32,506 nt of DNA from Nemertoderma westbladi (GCA_032718475.1 JAUCBJ010005679.1:1-32506), one strand, 5' to 3'. Counted from the stretch's first letter, positions 10,096-22,494 are shown. Numbers and translations: made by a program. Notes: generated from the letters alone by a model not told the origin.

Positions 10096-11046
10096 TTTAT
10101 GCGATTATTCGCAACATTCATACCCCCAAGTTTATTCCTACAGTAATTGTGCTTGTTATACATACCGTTATAGTTAAATTAACCCCGGTACTACATCAGG
10201 GCTGCTCGGCGTAGGTAAAGACTGGAGATTTTGTGCTCTGGTCACTCCGGCAGATACCGTGGTTCTTTTAGCTGTACAAGTATTTTTAACTGCTGGTTAT
10301 TTGTTATACAAGTACTTGTACCTAATTTAGGGTTTAGTGTACAGTGCTTTCCGAAAGTAATTTAGTATGTAGGCAGTATATTTGTGTTGTAAAGTGGTTA
10401 ATAGGCACGTTAGCTCTGGTAGGCTGCGGTAATTAACTTCTAGGTAGGGACACTCCGTGATACATAACGTAGTACTTATAGCGATACGGCTATAAGTCGT
10501 CAGACGGTGGTATTTTTCCTATCTGGACAACGCAATATATTTACTACTGCTTATTATTTTCAAATACCGTAGTATCCTGTCCGTTGTAATAACCAGATTT
10601 TCTAACCCTTTGTTAGGCTGGTTTGTAGATTCCTTGTAAAATTACCCTAAAAATTCGTATTTGTGTATTTGTAATTTTTGTGTTTATTAAGAGATTGTAA
10701 TCTCACCCCGAATTGTACGTAATTTGTAGTAATAAGTAACTTAGGCAAGTAGAAACTATTTGTTTTAGTGTCCAACAAGTAGAACTTCACTGAGAGCGCA
10801 CAGCTTCTGTGTAGTGACTCCTTCCCAGAAATAATACCAATTATTTCAAATATTGTAACAAACCCATTATACGGGTATATATATTATAAATCAGCTCCAA
10901 TCGATTTATAAAACAGTAGGCCTGTTATATAACAATTAGGTCTTAACTTCAGTTGGACTACTGCGTAAATAACGGTAATAAAGTAAAGTAAAGTAACCAA
11001 GTAACCCCTAAAATTCAGAAATTCAATTATTCTAAAATAATTGACA

Positions 11047-11297
11047 TACCGGCATTTACAATAGGCTTATTATATTTATTTCTATAAATTTGAGCTGAAA
11101 TTATATACTGGTATTCTGTAACTAATTCTAGTTTATAATTATACTTATATACTATAAGTGTAAAGTTGTATACCGGTATTCACGATAGGCTTATTATATA
11201 TTTATATATATTTGCGCTGAAATTATATGCCAGTATTCTGTGACAAACGTAGTCTGTAATAATACTTATATATACTATAAGTGTATACCGGTATTCT
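11047..11297 (+). repeat. ~124 bp AT-rich tandem duplication
   Basis: TACCGG..ATAGGCTTATTATAT...TACTATAAGTGTA twice; also at ~31948-32190. Confidence 0.8.
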
Positions 11298-11431
11298 GAT
11301 ACATTATATATATATCACGTTACACTGAGTAACAGTATCGGTAATTAATTAATAGGCTAGTAGTGATACTGAATTACTAGACTTGCTTTAACTGTAATTA
11401 TAGCAGTAGGCATTCAACTGTACTAACAAAC

Positions 11432-12660
11432 ATGTCTGACACAAAGCAAAACCTGTCAGACAGTCTCCTAGATACAACCATCTGTGACCCAGACAGGAGT
11501 GTAGAACGTGTGAGACCAAAGTTCAACTCACCTCCTACTGTAAGAAAAGTCATCCCTCCAGTAGTAGTATCAGACCCTAGGCTAATTCAACACCGTAGGT
11601 CTATCATCGGCACTCGGGCCCAAGTCAAGCGGATCAAGAAGCAGCTGTCAAACAGCAACAACATCCTAGCCAAGAACTTGGTTCGCAGCGGCCCGATAGC
11701 TCCAGTAGTTCGGATACTGTAGAGCTGACACCCGAACGCGGAGCGAAGATGGCGGATACGGTTTATTCAGATCCCCTTCTCATTCTTCCTGCAGCAGTAC
11801 TAACTACGGTATTGATTGCGGTGGAGGAACACCAAATCGATTGGGTGAGAAGTAAGCGATCGACCAAAGACAGTTATGCGGGATACGCAAGGGAGGAGCT
11901 GATATCTATTGTCGAGTCGCAATGGAACTTCCCCGGACCCGGACTCCCGTTTGACTTATCAGAAGCTACCTGGGAAGACATACACAGGATGGGAGTGACA
12001 AAAGACACTATAGATCCAGCTGTGTGGAATAGGTCAGCAGCAGGATATGTACAGGGATTCTTCGGCTCTTCCAGAGGAACAACTGTTTCGACAACCCCAA
12101 GGACCTCAAGAGCAGGAAGAGCTGCTTTATCAAGTACGCGAAAGAACTTTACGTATTAGGCTAATCCTATCGGCCTTTGAGGAAGCTTCGAAAAGAAGAC
12201 AGGACACGTCGTTGCAAGTTGCTGTCAAGAATTGGTTCCAGTGAGTGAGTCTCAAGATTCAAGGAACGGCCAAGTGGAAATCTCAGTTGGCTGAGCGCAC
12301 AACCTATGGAGAATCAACCGACGCCACCTTTTCCCAAGTGGAAAGCGAAGCGACAGCAGAGAAACCGCGAACGAGAGACGCTATTGACATCTATCTGTCA
12401 GACTATCAACGATTCCTAGGTGACGAAGAGTTGAGGAGACGACTGTCTGGACTTCGCCCTAATAGTGAAGGAGCCAAGCTTGTGCTGGATGCAATCGATG
12501 CGGAAAGGTTAGCTGCGAACCAAGCTAAATTTGATGAAAGACTTCGCATCGCTAGGGTACAAGAAGAGCAAGTAAAGAAAAAATGTATAGAAGACAGAAA
12601 GGCAGTAGCAGCGGCAGTGGCAACGGCCGAAGCCGAAGCTGTTGCAAACGTCCCAGATAA
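11432..12660 (+). pseudogene. Disrupted gag-like ORF of family B copy 1
   Basis: ORFs 11432, 11749, 12047 and 12245 join into one protein after removing a 5 bp CTGTA insertion (11717-11721), one frameshift before or near 12050, and one in-frame TGA (12242). It shares MSDT...CDPDRS and an Ala-rich coiled coil with the family A ORF. Confidence 0.8.
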
Positions 12661-12834
12661 ACAAAACATACTTTGCTTTTACATTTAATTTGATCATATT
12701 CTGAGTTGGAGTATATTATAACAATGTTGTAGAATATAAATTAACAATATAGAGCGATATATGCGATACAGTATATAAAAGATGTACTGCTTGACATTAC
12801 ACTAAATACAGATATAACAATAATTAACGATTTA

Positions 12835-14216
12835 CACCATGTCCTGGAATATAGTGTCTTTATTCAGGTACATGCCCCCCCCCCCCCTTAATTTTTCTAC
12901 AAATCGTAATGAGATTGCATGAAATTTGAAACAGAGATAGTTTCACCTCCCGACCACTGACTGGGTGAGCCAGAATTTTTATTTTCGCTTCCATTCTTTA
13001 GCTACAAGCGTTTGAAAAAAGTGTCTCCAGCGAAATTGCACCGCAGTTATTCTTCAACCTTAGCCCTATACTGCCCTCCTAAGGCAAAACCATGTAACTC
13101 AAAAAATCGAGTTTTTAGAAAAATCAACCCAAAGTTAACGAATCTGCACGAAAACATGTGAATGTCTGTGTGAAAATTTTCAACACTAAAGTTTAGTCAA
13201 ATAGTTTATTTAAATACATAGAAAGTCTTAGAGCTCCAAACTTAAGCTAGCTATTTAAAAAATGTATTTTATTTTGATTTTCGAGTTACATGGATTTACC
13301 TTACAAATTCTAACCAGTTTAATTATATTACATCATGTAAATTATATAAATTTCAACAGCTGTTCCTAAGCCAAAACAATGTAACTCGCATGAGATACAT
13401 GGTGTTCGCTTATAGTTGTTACATGGAGTGTCATTATCATATTAGGGTTACATGGTTGGTTCTGCCTTGGCATGCCTTAACAAATTCACATAATGTCCCC
13501 TTGTACAATATTATAATAATAATACATACTGTATAATGTACATTCTACCCCCTTTATAAACCCTTTAGAGTTTAGATGCACTCTATTAAGTTCTACCACC
13601 AGATAGAGCTCGCCGTAAGCTTTAAAATGATACCAATATCTCATTTTCGTCAAAATTCAAGTTACATGGGTCTGTCTTAGGACGGCAGTATTGTGATTTG
13701 TAGGTATGTACTAGTGGAAAGCTGGCTATGCAAGGATTCCAACTATGTAACATAATATAAATTTCATCTTAAAATAGCTGAGATATCAGCGTTTAAAACT
13801 TGCATGGTTTTGCATATGAGCGAGGGTATTTTATTCTATTAAATAAATACAACATATTCTGGAATATTTTGTTTATCCCATAAGTAGCTTGGCAACAATG
13901 CAACACCACTTTAATCAAACTATTACATAGCTACACATGCATTGACAAAATATTCCAGAATATGTTATATTTATTTAATACTGTAGAATAATAGCCTCGC
14001 TCATATGCACAACCATGCAAGTTTTAAACGCTAATATCTCAGCTATTTTAAGACAAATTTAGATTATGTTACATAGTTGGAATCCTTGCACAACCAGCTT
14101 TCCACTAGTACCTACAAATCACAATAAGGTTGAAGAATAACCGCGGTGTAACTGGTGCAATTTCGCTGGAGACACTTTTTTCAAACGCTTGTAGCTAAAG
14201 AATGAAAGCGAAAATA
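12835..14216. mobile_element. Foldback MITE (CACCATG terminus), right end truncated
   Basis: TA|CACCATGTCCTGGAATATAGTG start. Long inverted arms (12980-13062 + 13691-13875 vs 13945-14216). Homologous to 24623-25525. Confidence 0.8.
13071..13688. mobile_element. Nested TA-flanked MITE (Tc1/mariner-type ends)
   Basis: TIRs CTGCCCTCCTAAGGCAAAACCATGTAACT / CTGCCGTCCTAAGACAGACCCATGTAACT (reverse complement); TA on both sides; the empty site is visible in the opposite arm of the host element (14111-14140); internal CATGTAAC/GTTACATG repeats. Confidence 0.85.
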
Positions 14217-15710
14217 GTCATTGTCTTCGTTCATGGAATCAAGGCCATTTATATTATTCCCAACAATGCTTCTCAAATGTCCAAGTGAAACCACATCATT
14301 ATCTTCAGTGTCCTTTGTGAGGACACTTGTCTTTCTAGTTAGGAGAAGGTTGTGAAGTGCAATAATCGCCTTAACAATAGTAATAGCATTTCGAGGACTA
14401 TTGCTTATAGCTTTTAGTAAAATTATAAACCTTGCAGCCATAATCCCAAAGCAATTCTCCACAATACGTCTTGCGCGGAATAGCGATAATTAAATACATA
14501 CCATTTCAAGCACATTTGATGTGTTGCGTGGGTTTCAATAGAGATTCGGGGAGTGCAAAAGCTTCATCGGCAAGGATGAAATACGGGAGGGGTTGTGAGT
14601 CCAGAATAGGCATGGGGTGGGGGAAGTACCTTCCTTCTATAAGTGATGTTAGAGAACAGTTCAAAGCAATACCGGCATCACCGGAAGATCCCGGTCGTCC
14701 TAAAACGTATGCCATTACACGCCCATATGCGTCAGAAATGGGTAGTAATACAATCGAATGGAATCCCTTAATAACTATTTACATAATTGTGTGCAAAGTA
14801 GCACTTTGCAGCGTTATGACCCGAGTTTATTTATGTACCGAGCGAGCCATGCGAGGGAGGTTCACATAAATAAACAAGGGTCTTTAACGCTGAAAAGTGA
14901 CCTTTGCAAGCATGATGTATGTAATTTTGTTATATTATCTCAACTTTTCACCGTTCGGTATGTGAAGAAAGGATTTTATGGATGCTCATATAAAATAAAC
15001 TTTAATCATGTACTATATCGTATATAAGTGAAATTGATTAACAGGTACAATGGCACACAGTATTAATTATACATTTAAATCTATTTAAAGTTTATTGGGA
15101 GTTTATCTCATGCATGGATGTGATAAATCACTAATCCATCTTGACTATAGTCGACTGAAGCAAACTTAGTCACCGTCTGTGTCCGTTCAGTTTCACTGAA
15201 CACTGTCGCCATTTTCTTTGCTCATTTTAGTGCCTTCTATTGGACGTTTCGCCATAATGGATTACAGTACACGTTAAACAATTATTTACCTACAGTAGAT
15301 AGTCCCTTCACTTCAAACTGGACGCACGCATTATGCAAACACGTGGTGCCTTATTGAATAAAGAAGCACGCATTTATATAAATGGAAATAATACATTCTG
15401 GAATACGGTAATTGAAGTTGTTTCCATGTCATTGATTACTTTGCAGCGTCCCGTCCTATAGGCCGCAACACTGCAAAGTAGTACTTTGCAGCGTTACGAG
15501 TAATTCATCAGAACGCTGTTAAGTTTACATAATGTAACAAACTTATAATACTCACTTCCACTGTTAGCTGGTTTTATTATTTCAATATGTTTCCCATCAA
15601 GAGCACCAACGCAATGGGGAAAGTTACCAAAGGCTTGATTCCTTCTAATATCCAATCGAATGTTGGGATGTCAACCCTGAACATTCGTTCAAATATATCT
15701 GGATCCTATG
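14217..15710 (-). pseudogene. PIF/Harbinger (DDE_Tnp_4, HARBI1-like) transposase relic, split
   Basis: Motifs in order: [25 protein letters not shown]; [27 protein letters not shown] (15545-15630); KGFHSIVLLPISDAYG..GRPGSSGDAGI; PYFILADEAFAL; VENCFGIMAARF..ALHNLL. There are frameshifts, an internal deletion and a ~770 bp interruption. Confidence 0.9.
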
Positions 15711-15866
15711 AATAAAAAATTAGCTATAATTTTTTCATGAAAATAATGTTCCATATACTAGAAAGCCAGCCAGTTAAATTCAGAACAAGTATCTTTGTAT
15801 AATATATAAATGATTATTCACACAGTCCATAGTGTGAAATTAAATTAATCGGACTGTCAGTATACT

Positions 15867-16570
15867 TTATGGTTTGTAAATTTCAATGTGACCTCCAAAT
15901 AATTCTTTCACCTTGATAAGCCGCTTGATCGTTTCTTGGAAACAGTGTTTCCAGTGAATTGTTTCCAGTTCGGAATTAATGCACGTCCTCAGCTCTTCTT
16001 GCGTCGTCACCGTTTCACTGTACACAATATTCTTGACATTACCCCATAAATAGTCGTCACAGGGAGTCAAATCGGGAGAACGAGCTGGCCATCGTATAGG
16101 ACCGTCTCTGCCAATCCACCTGTCAAGAAAGGTACTGTCCAAATATGAACGAACGTTAAGGAGGGCCCAATGTGGCGGTGCACCGTCCTGCTGAAACACC
16201 ACTTTGTCGGTGTTAGGACTCAGTCTTGGAATTAGAAACTCTTGCAGCATTGCCAGATTTTCTTAGCGTTGACAGACAAACCTTCGAAAATGTAAGGTCC
16301 AATAACTTGTGTGGAAGATAGATATGGCACACCTACTGTACTGTAACCGTTAACTTTGGTGAGTCACGGAAGCGTTCTGCCACTTTATGGGGGTTTTCAG
16401 TACCCCAAATTCTGCAGTTCCACAAATCCTGCAACTACCACATCCAGAACAACTCCAAAAGTCTAAGTTAACCTATTGGCTTTCATTTGATACCAAGAAG
16501 TCTGCGAATGATGCTCATTGTGACGAGTTAATAAACTTTAAAACCGGATCAAATTTATTGGGACGCCCTG
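15867..16570 (-). mobile_element. Tc1/mariner (rosa/DD41D-like) element relic with partial transposase
   Basis: NCRIWGTENPH..RDSPKLTV..VIGPYIFE..FQQDGAPPHW..RWIGRDGPIRWPARSPDLTPCD..LWG; 42 residues between the 2nd and 3rd Asp here; one terminus TA|CAGGGCGTCCCAATAAA at 16570. Confidence 0.88.
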
Positions 16571-17084
16571 TATATTACTTGTTAAATTTATTACTCTCTC
16601 ACTCTATCCCAGACAGTAATCAAACCTCAACTGTTAGTTTGTATAATGTATTACCCCGACAGCTGAATAGCTCTTCCCAGTGAATCCTTTGGGAATAACA
16701 CGTTCGTGGGGCCTTCGCGCAGCACGAGGCCCAGTTATGAGATACAAATTAAAATTGTGCGACTGTATCACAAAATCCGGTTATGAGAGATTAACCCACA
16801 CCACCAATTAAATCAAAGAAAGGGGGACAGTACGTGTTCACCCCTTTTAATCTGCACCCCCCCCCCCTCCCCCACCCACCAATACATAACCGCGACATCT
16901 ACCACCCACGGAAGGGTAGCACGAACTTATTTCCAAACGCACGTTCAATATGCAAAACCAGGTGGTTTATAGGAATATAATCAATGCAGTACTCGTCTTC
17001 ATTATAAGCCTCTTTGCGTTCGACCTGTTTTGTATTAAAATATATTTATTAAACGCAGGCTGACGCTCTTTATAATAATAATAC

Positions 17085-17432
17085 CTAGGGAATAGGGATG
17101 CCAGCTTCCAGACTTTCAATCTTTACTGCCGCGCAAACCCCGCAGAGGAAGTTTTGGTTTGAGAGATCAAGCCCATCGGCAATTGGTGTTTCAATTTCGG
17201 TCCAGGAACTCTGACAATGGGAGCATTCAATCTTAGCTGTGGTCCATTCCCGAGGTTTCGGCTTCCTTTTCTTCGTCCCAATGACAGATTCCTCTGAAGA
17301 CGTTCGATTCGCTTTCAGTTTATTGTTGGCGTTTGTGTTTTGAAGTTGTATTCGAGTGGACAGTCGCGCCGGTTTCGAGGTAACCATACCGACCTGTGAT
17401 AAGTGTTGGTTTTGTTGAGTGCCGGTATTCAT
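17085..17432 (-). pseudogene. Probable LINE (CR1/L2-group) ORF1 N-terminal fragment with a C4 zinc finger
   Basis: Basic stretch KKRKPKPR, then CSHC-x23-CGVC, then the start of a coiled coil (KIESLE) and an abrupt end. Confidence 0.45.
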
Positions 17433-17710
17433 CTTCTCTCACCTCTTCAATGTCAGATGTTGCAAATACTGATAACACGAATAACGGTATATATTTCAAT
17501 ACTTGTCAATGGTAATATATATAATTTAGATAACTATTTTATATCTGTACTGTTGAGCAAACTCTACATAAATTTCAACCTGTGTATCGCCGGTAGTGCT
17601 GTTGCTGTGCAAGTGCTGAAGTGCTAGTTGCCACCGGTCACGCGGTCAGCCGGTACCGGTAGTAGGGTGGTACCATGGCCTACTACACACAGGCCATGAC
17701 AAGGACTTTG

Positions 17711-18989
17711 TGTACGCGCTTTTGAAGACCTTTAGCAGTTTAACCTGCCAAAATTTATATGTCTTTTGGTTTATCAATATACTTTAGAAGATGACAAATA
17801 TTTAATACCAATAAACACAACATTAGCAGAAGCCAGCCTAGTGCGCGTCCATTCACCCGCTGGATATTCCCGGGAGACTGGATTCTGAGGGCTTAGATTA
17901 TTATTGCAGTGAAGCTTACTGTATTATTCGATTGATCGTTAATAAATAATTTCTGACTAATATTATTCACTTTCGGGAAATATTAACAGTTCCTTTAGGA
18001 CGTGGCGCTCTATGTAAGTAAACAGAGATATGACTTATACTAATCACAACGGTAAGTCGGTAAGGCTTATGATTCACGTATGAGGCGCATTCTTTAGGAA
18101 ATGCTTAGTTATCAGCCACAATCATGCACACTACCGGTAACACACAATACTGCTCACTAACTTGCCGACCGTCAATGAAATTTATCATATATAAAGAAAA
18201 TAGCAACGGACCAATGTAGTGCTTATCAAATAGCATTAAATTCAATACACACCACAATAATATAAGTCGCAATCGCTATATATATAACCCGCCTCTCTAA
18301 CCTGTAGTGTATCAAGAAAGTTGGGAAATTTGGGTTCTTTATAAATGTTCTCCAAATAATATTCAACCAAACAACAGCAAACTATTAAGACGGTAGGTTA
18401 AGATATGATATGAACCGATATGTACAGTGATATGCACTGATATGGACCGATATGTGATATGAGTTGTTAAGAACTGATAACAGTCATACGCTCTATAATT
18501 TTAGCCTACTAATGTTTCTTCTAAAAGTATGAAACGAATTGACTCTAGAGCCGTTGTTTCTGGCCTAGACAGCAATAACAACAAAGTATCAAGTAAAAAC
18601 AGTAAGACTGAACACTCTCCTTATGATCGGCCGAAAAGCTACATGTCAACAGGAAAAATCGCTCTGATTGGCTCAAGCCAAACAAAGAACCATGCGTCCA
18701 ATGGCTGTTTCCATGTCAGCAACCAGCTGTTAGATGTCGTAATATGAATCATCACGGCTAAGCTGTGAAAGGTATTTGGTGCATTGTAGGTTTTTTGCCT
18801 TACCATGTCCGCCAAAACACGTATATAGTAGAATGACTTTTATATCCGTTAAAACACCTATAACGGTACCTTGCGGGCGAGGGGAATATATATACAGTTA
18901 GAGAACCTTTTAGAGTATTCCAGCACCTGGGGGGGAAACTGGATTGCGAAGCAAAAAGGGGCCAGTTATATCCCACAGAAGCTTTTACA
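17711..18989 (-). mobile_element. Family B copy 2 (putative LTR + start of leader only)
   Basis: Reverse complement starts TGTAAAAGCTTCTGTGGGAT and aligns to 8047-9222; cut off at the inner edge of the P-like TIR. Confidence 0.85.
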
Positions 18990-19129
18990 CTTTGCTATGA
19001 AATTAGCGTAGGCTGACTGATGAATTATCAAATGTTATATTTTCCATGAATGCAGGGTCCATATTTAAAAGAAGATGACTAGATTTTCGCAAAGAATTTA
19101 ATTGAAACAGTATTTAATAATTAATAAAT

Positions 19130-19490
19130 TAATTATCGCTCGAGTTCCTGCAGCTTTTATTCGCTTTTATTATTTTGTTTGTGGCTGCCTCTGGCTATGT
19201 TTGTGGCAGGAATGTTTAAACGCTAATAAGTCGGTCAATCATGGATGAAATGGAACCAAACTTGGTACACATGTAGTCTATAAAAAATTTAGAAATTCTA
19301 CACACAGACAGACTTCTACAGTTCCCCGGTCTGCCGCTAGGGGGCGAATTAACAGAAACGTAAAAATAGCTGTAATTATAGAACCAACGATCAGATTCAT
19401 CTGAAATTTAGTAGTAGTTACCTAAGAGCATTGCTTAATTAGAAATTCTACAGTGACTTTTACAGTTCCTGTCTGCCGCTAGTGGGGAAT
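19130..19490 (+). mobile_element. HINE/Helentron-like repeat fragment
   Basis: Shares CCAAACTTGGTACACATG with 21311-21332 (reverse complement) and TCTGCCGCTAGRGGGC with 22908-22923; internal two-unit repeat. Confidence 0.45.
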
Positions 19491-19599
19491 TGTTAGAGCT
19501 CCAGTTCAACGTGCTTAGCTCGGTTTAATAAACAATCAATTAATTATTTTATTCTATACAGTAATTATAACAGTAAAATGCAATGTATTCTATTTTTTA

Positions 19600-19880
19600 G
19601 TGAATTCAAGAGATAGGAGGGGGGTGGGACTGGACGCAAATCCCATCTTGGCGAATTAATATCCCACCTCAATATTAATTTCTCAATTTTGGGAAAGGAG
19701 CAGGTTACAGTGGCACGTTGTTTTAACCAAAACAATAAAGTAAACACAATATAACAGGTTACAGTTTTATTTTTGAGAGTAATCAGCTGTTGTTATTTGC
19801 GTCCAATTTCCCCTGGAGAGGGATGAATTTTTATTGCGTCCAGTTCCCCCCCCCCCCCCCCCCCCCCCTATCTTGAAATC
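19600..19880. mobile_element. Small inverted-repeat (MITE-like) element
   Basis: TTCAAG(AG)ATAGG(G)n-ACTGGACGCAA at 19605-19639 is inverted at 19834-19877. Confidence 0.55.
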
Positions 19881-19999
19881 AAATACCAAAAATATATTTA
19901 TTATATGAACAATCTATTTGGAAATTGTAAGTTCGGCCTATCTCTTTACCATAAGCTCAGTATCTTTATCTGGTGTGTTTTTATTATTTTACCAATTAT

Positions 20000-20623
20000 T
20001 TAATGTTTGATAGAATTGAACAACACCGCCCAACACAACCAACTCTCTATCCGCCTCGAGCATCGAGAATATGAGAAACTCGATCGAAATACCTGCTTAT
20101 CCCAGTAGTATCCGTCCGTAGTCACCGGACCGCTGCGGTTTACTCCCGTAGAACAGTATAATTCCCGCGGCTTCCGACCCAATTCGACAACGAATTCGCT
20201 TCACACTTTAGCGTCACAGAGAACGTAATCCAGTGCGATAACGTCTGCCCAACGTTCAACCATTTCCCCCAGGCGATCCCAGGATCCGGGCCGCCGCTAA
20301 ACCCAGATCGCAATCCTCGTCGATTCGTCCAGTCGTCGACGTAAGTCAGTAAGTGGGACTCTTCCCACCGCACTCCAAGGTGGGTGACCGGAGTGAGGCA
20401 TGAGGAACTTGGCAGTGGCCCGCATTACGATCTGACCGACCGCCGTATTCCCAGTGTCTGAGTGTAGTAAATACCCAAATAGAATCGTACTGACAAACAA
20501 GCAATTCCGTAGTATTCCCCCGTTAATCACCTCTTGAAGCAACTCGGCTGCTCGGGTCCAGATACATCGGACTGTCGGGAGCGTTTCAGACAGTAACGGA
20601 GCGGCATTTGCGAATATTTCCAA
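20000..20623 (-). pseudogene. Frameshifted coding-like segment of unknown identity
   Basis: GC-richer island covered by three overlapping minus-strand ORFs (20297-20623, 20140-20373, 20000-20182) that chain with two frameshifts. No motif recognised. Confidence 0.35.
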
Positions 20624-21253
20624 TGGTTTTATAATAAATAAGGGGATTCAACAGTTCAATGCTAAAACAAATGGATTATTCCCAACCCCACCCCAATACA
20701 GCAATACTGCAATATACCTAACAGTATATAGCTTAGGTACCACAGTCTGACAGTACCATAATCAGCACAGTCAGCCCACGCTAATTTCACAGCAAAGTCC
20801 TTGTCATGGCCTGTGTGTAGTAGGCCATGGGTGGTACCTACGGTGCGCACTACAACGGCAGTACAGCAATACGGTGTACCGTGCCAATGACTGAATGATT
20901 AGCGGTAACTATCTAAACTATTATATTATTATTACCGGTGCCGGTACTGGGCTAATTAGGCCTAAACTATAATCACCGCAAGGGTTGCCGTTGCCGTTGC
21001 CATGTTTAATTAGATTACATGATATGGCATGTCTGCAGTGTATGGTACCGGCTGACCAGTATTGCAGTATTGACTGATTGCAGGATTCTCGATTCAGGGA
21101 TTGAGTACAGCCTGACAGTACCGGTACACATGGTACATGCAGAATTGCAAAATTTGTCAGAAACACAGCTGATTTATCCTACAGTAATAATAATTTAACG
21201 CATTTTAAATTTGGATAAATAAATTTATTATAACTGCAATAACAATTACACTG

Positions 21254-21470
21254 ATGCTGCACGAAGGCCCCACGCAAATTCTACTTGGAAAATTTTCAAA
21301 CTTTTGCCAAACAACATGTGTACCAAGTTTGGATAGATTTCATCAAGGATTGGCCGAGTTATTAACGTTTAAAATAAAATACTGTAAAAAACGCGACAGA
21401 ACGACAGAACGACAGGTTGATTATTGGTACCACTACGCTAAGGCTCACTCACTTCGTGGCTCGCCCCACA
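21254..21470 (-). mobile_element. HINE/DINE-1-like repeat fragment
   Basis: Reverse complement begins TGTGGGGCGAGCCACGAAGT..GAGCCTTAGCG (as at 22495), followed by a (CTGTCGTT)n microsatellite. Confidence 0.5.
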
Positions 21471-22211
21471 TTGTAAGCTCTGGGCCGTTCAGATGATTTA
21501 TAGGTTGATGATAATGAATATTGAGGTACCCAACTACACTACGTTTGTCTATGGACGGCTTACTGGCTTTTACCAGCTTACTGGCTTTTATTGTTGAATC
21601 ATATTATTCTGCAACCAATAATTTACTCTTTTAGACGAATTGGTGCGATTTTAGGCCGGACTAACAAATTTTGGCGACGTTCTGTGCGTGATTGGCGATA
21701 TTTGAAAAGATTCTGAGGCCCATATATGTTGCTCAAATGACTGAATAGCCCAAATAAAAAAGTTGGTGCATACTCGACGAGTTGAAATCGGTGAAATTCG
21801 ACTTTAGATTTTCAAAACCGCTATTTTTCAATGACCCCGTGATCGAAACGCCACAAAAAATATACAGTCTTGCGCGCAACCAAAATTGATGTAGAGTTTG
21901 TTATTAAAATTTTTGCGTACCTGCTTGAATTTTGAGATATTGGATGGTTATACATACACACACACACCCACACATCGTGTTTTTGAACGGCTCAACTCTT
22001 GACAAGAACTACCCTGGCCTATTAATAGGCAGGTTCGTTATGGGCCTAGTTGTTGTAATGCTCTAGTAACCTCTTTACGAAGTGAAGGAATTAGACTTGA
22101 CGAGAATGATAGTGACTTTTGTAACATCCATTTTCGTCTGGGATTTCGAAGTACAGTGGTAGCTAATGATACACCAATTGCTCCTAATACAGCTAGATAA
22201 TAGCTTACCCA

Positions 22212-22324
22212 AGCAAAGCAAAAAAGCAAACAGTCGGCCGAAGCCGGAGGCGACCCGAAGGCTCCTCTTTTGATAGCTGCTACCCGAGGGCAGGGGTGGG
22301 CGCTACTCCTATCCCAAGATTTAC
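22212..22324 (-). mobile_element. 5'-truncated SINE/retroposon insertion
   Basis: 13 bp TSD AATAGCTTACCCA (22199-22211, 22325-22337); (TTTGC)n-like tail on the minus strand; GC-rich body. Confidence 0.7.
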
Positions 22325-22494
22325 AATAGCTTACCCACAGTGATGTTAATAATTTGAGGCACTTATTAGTGCGCATAATTCAATTTTTGGGATTAAATTG
22401 CTTTCGGTAATTAAAGTTGTTTCCATGTCATTGTGATAATTTCCATATTATAATTCAAATGTTTGACAAGCTAATAAAAAGTAGGCAGACTAAC

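Larger units (their letters stand above)
8047..12660 (+). mobile_element. LTR retrotransposon family B, copy 1 (3'-truncated)
   Basis: Starts TGTAAAAGCTTTTG like 28946(+) and 18989(-); colinear with 28946-32506 over ~3.5 kb. A putative LTR runs to ~8650 with several CCAAT boxes, followed by a long leader and a disrupted gag-like ORF. No convincing tRNA PBS was found. Confidence 0.75.
17674..20829. mobile_element. Non-autonomous P-superfamily-like element carrying captured DNA
   Basis: Perfect 37 bp TIR CATGGCCTACTACACACAGGCCATGACAAGGACTTTG at both ends; perfect 8 bp TSD GGTGGTAC (17666-17673, 20830-20837); CA...TG termini. Confidence 0.85.

Noticed and set aside
10785-10850. Hammerhead-like CTGAGAG...GAAA in a conserved hairpin
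   Set aside because: Core lacks a nucleotide and no stem I can form; these are simple hairpins only.
18200-18220. CTACA-TTGGTCCG (reverse complement) as the family B PBS
   Set aside because: Not conserved in the other two copies.
22038-22376. 112 aa ORF
   Set aside because: It reads through a SINE insertion; the remainder has only a weak resemblance to LINE C-termini.
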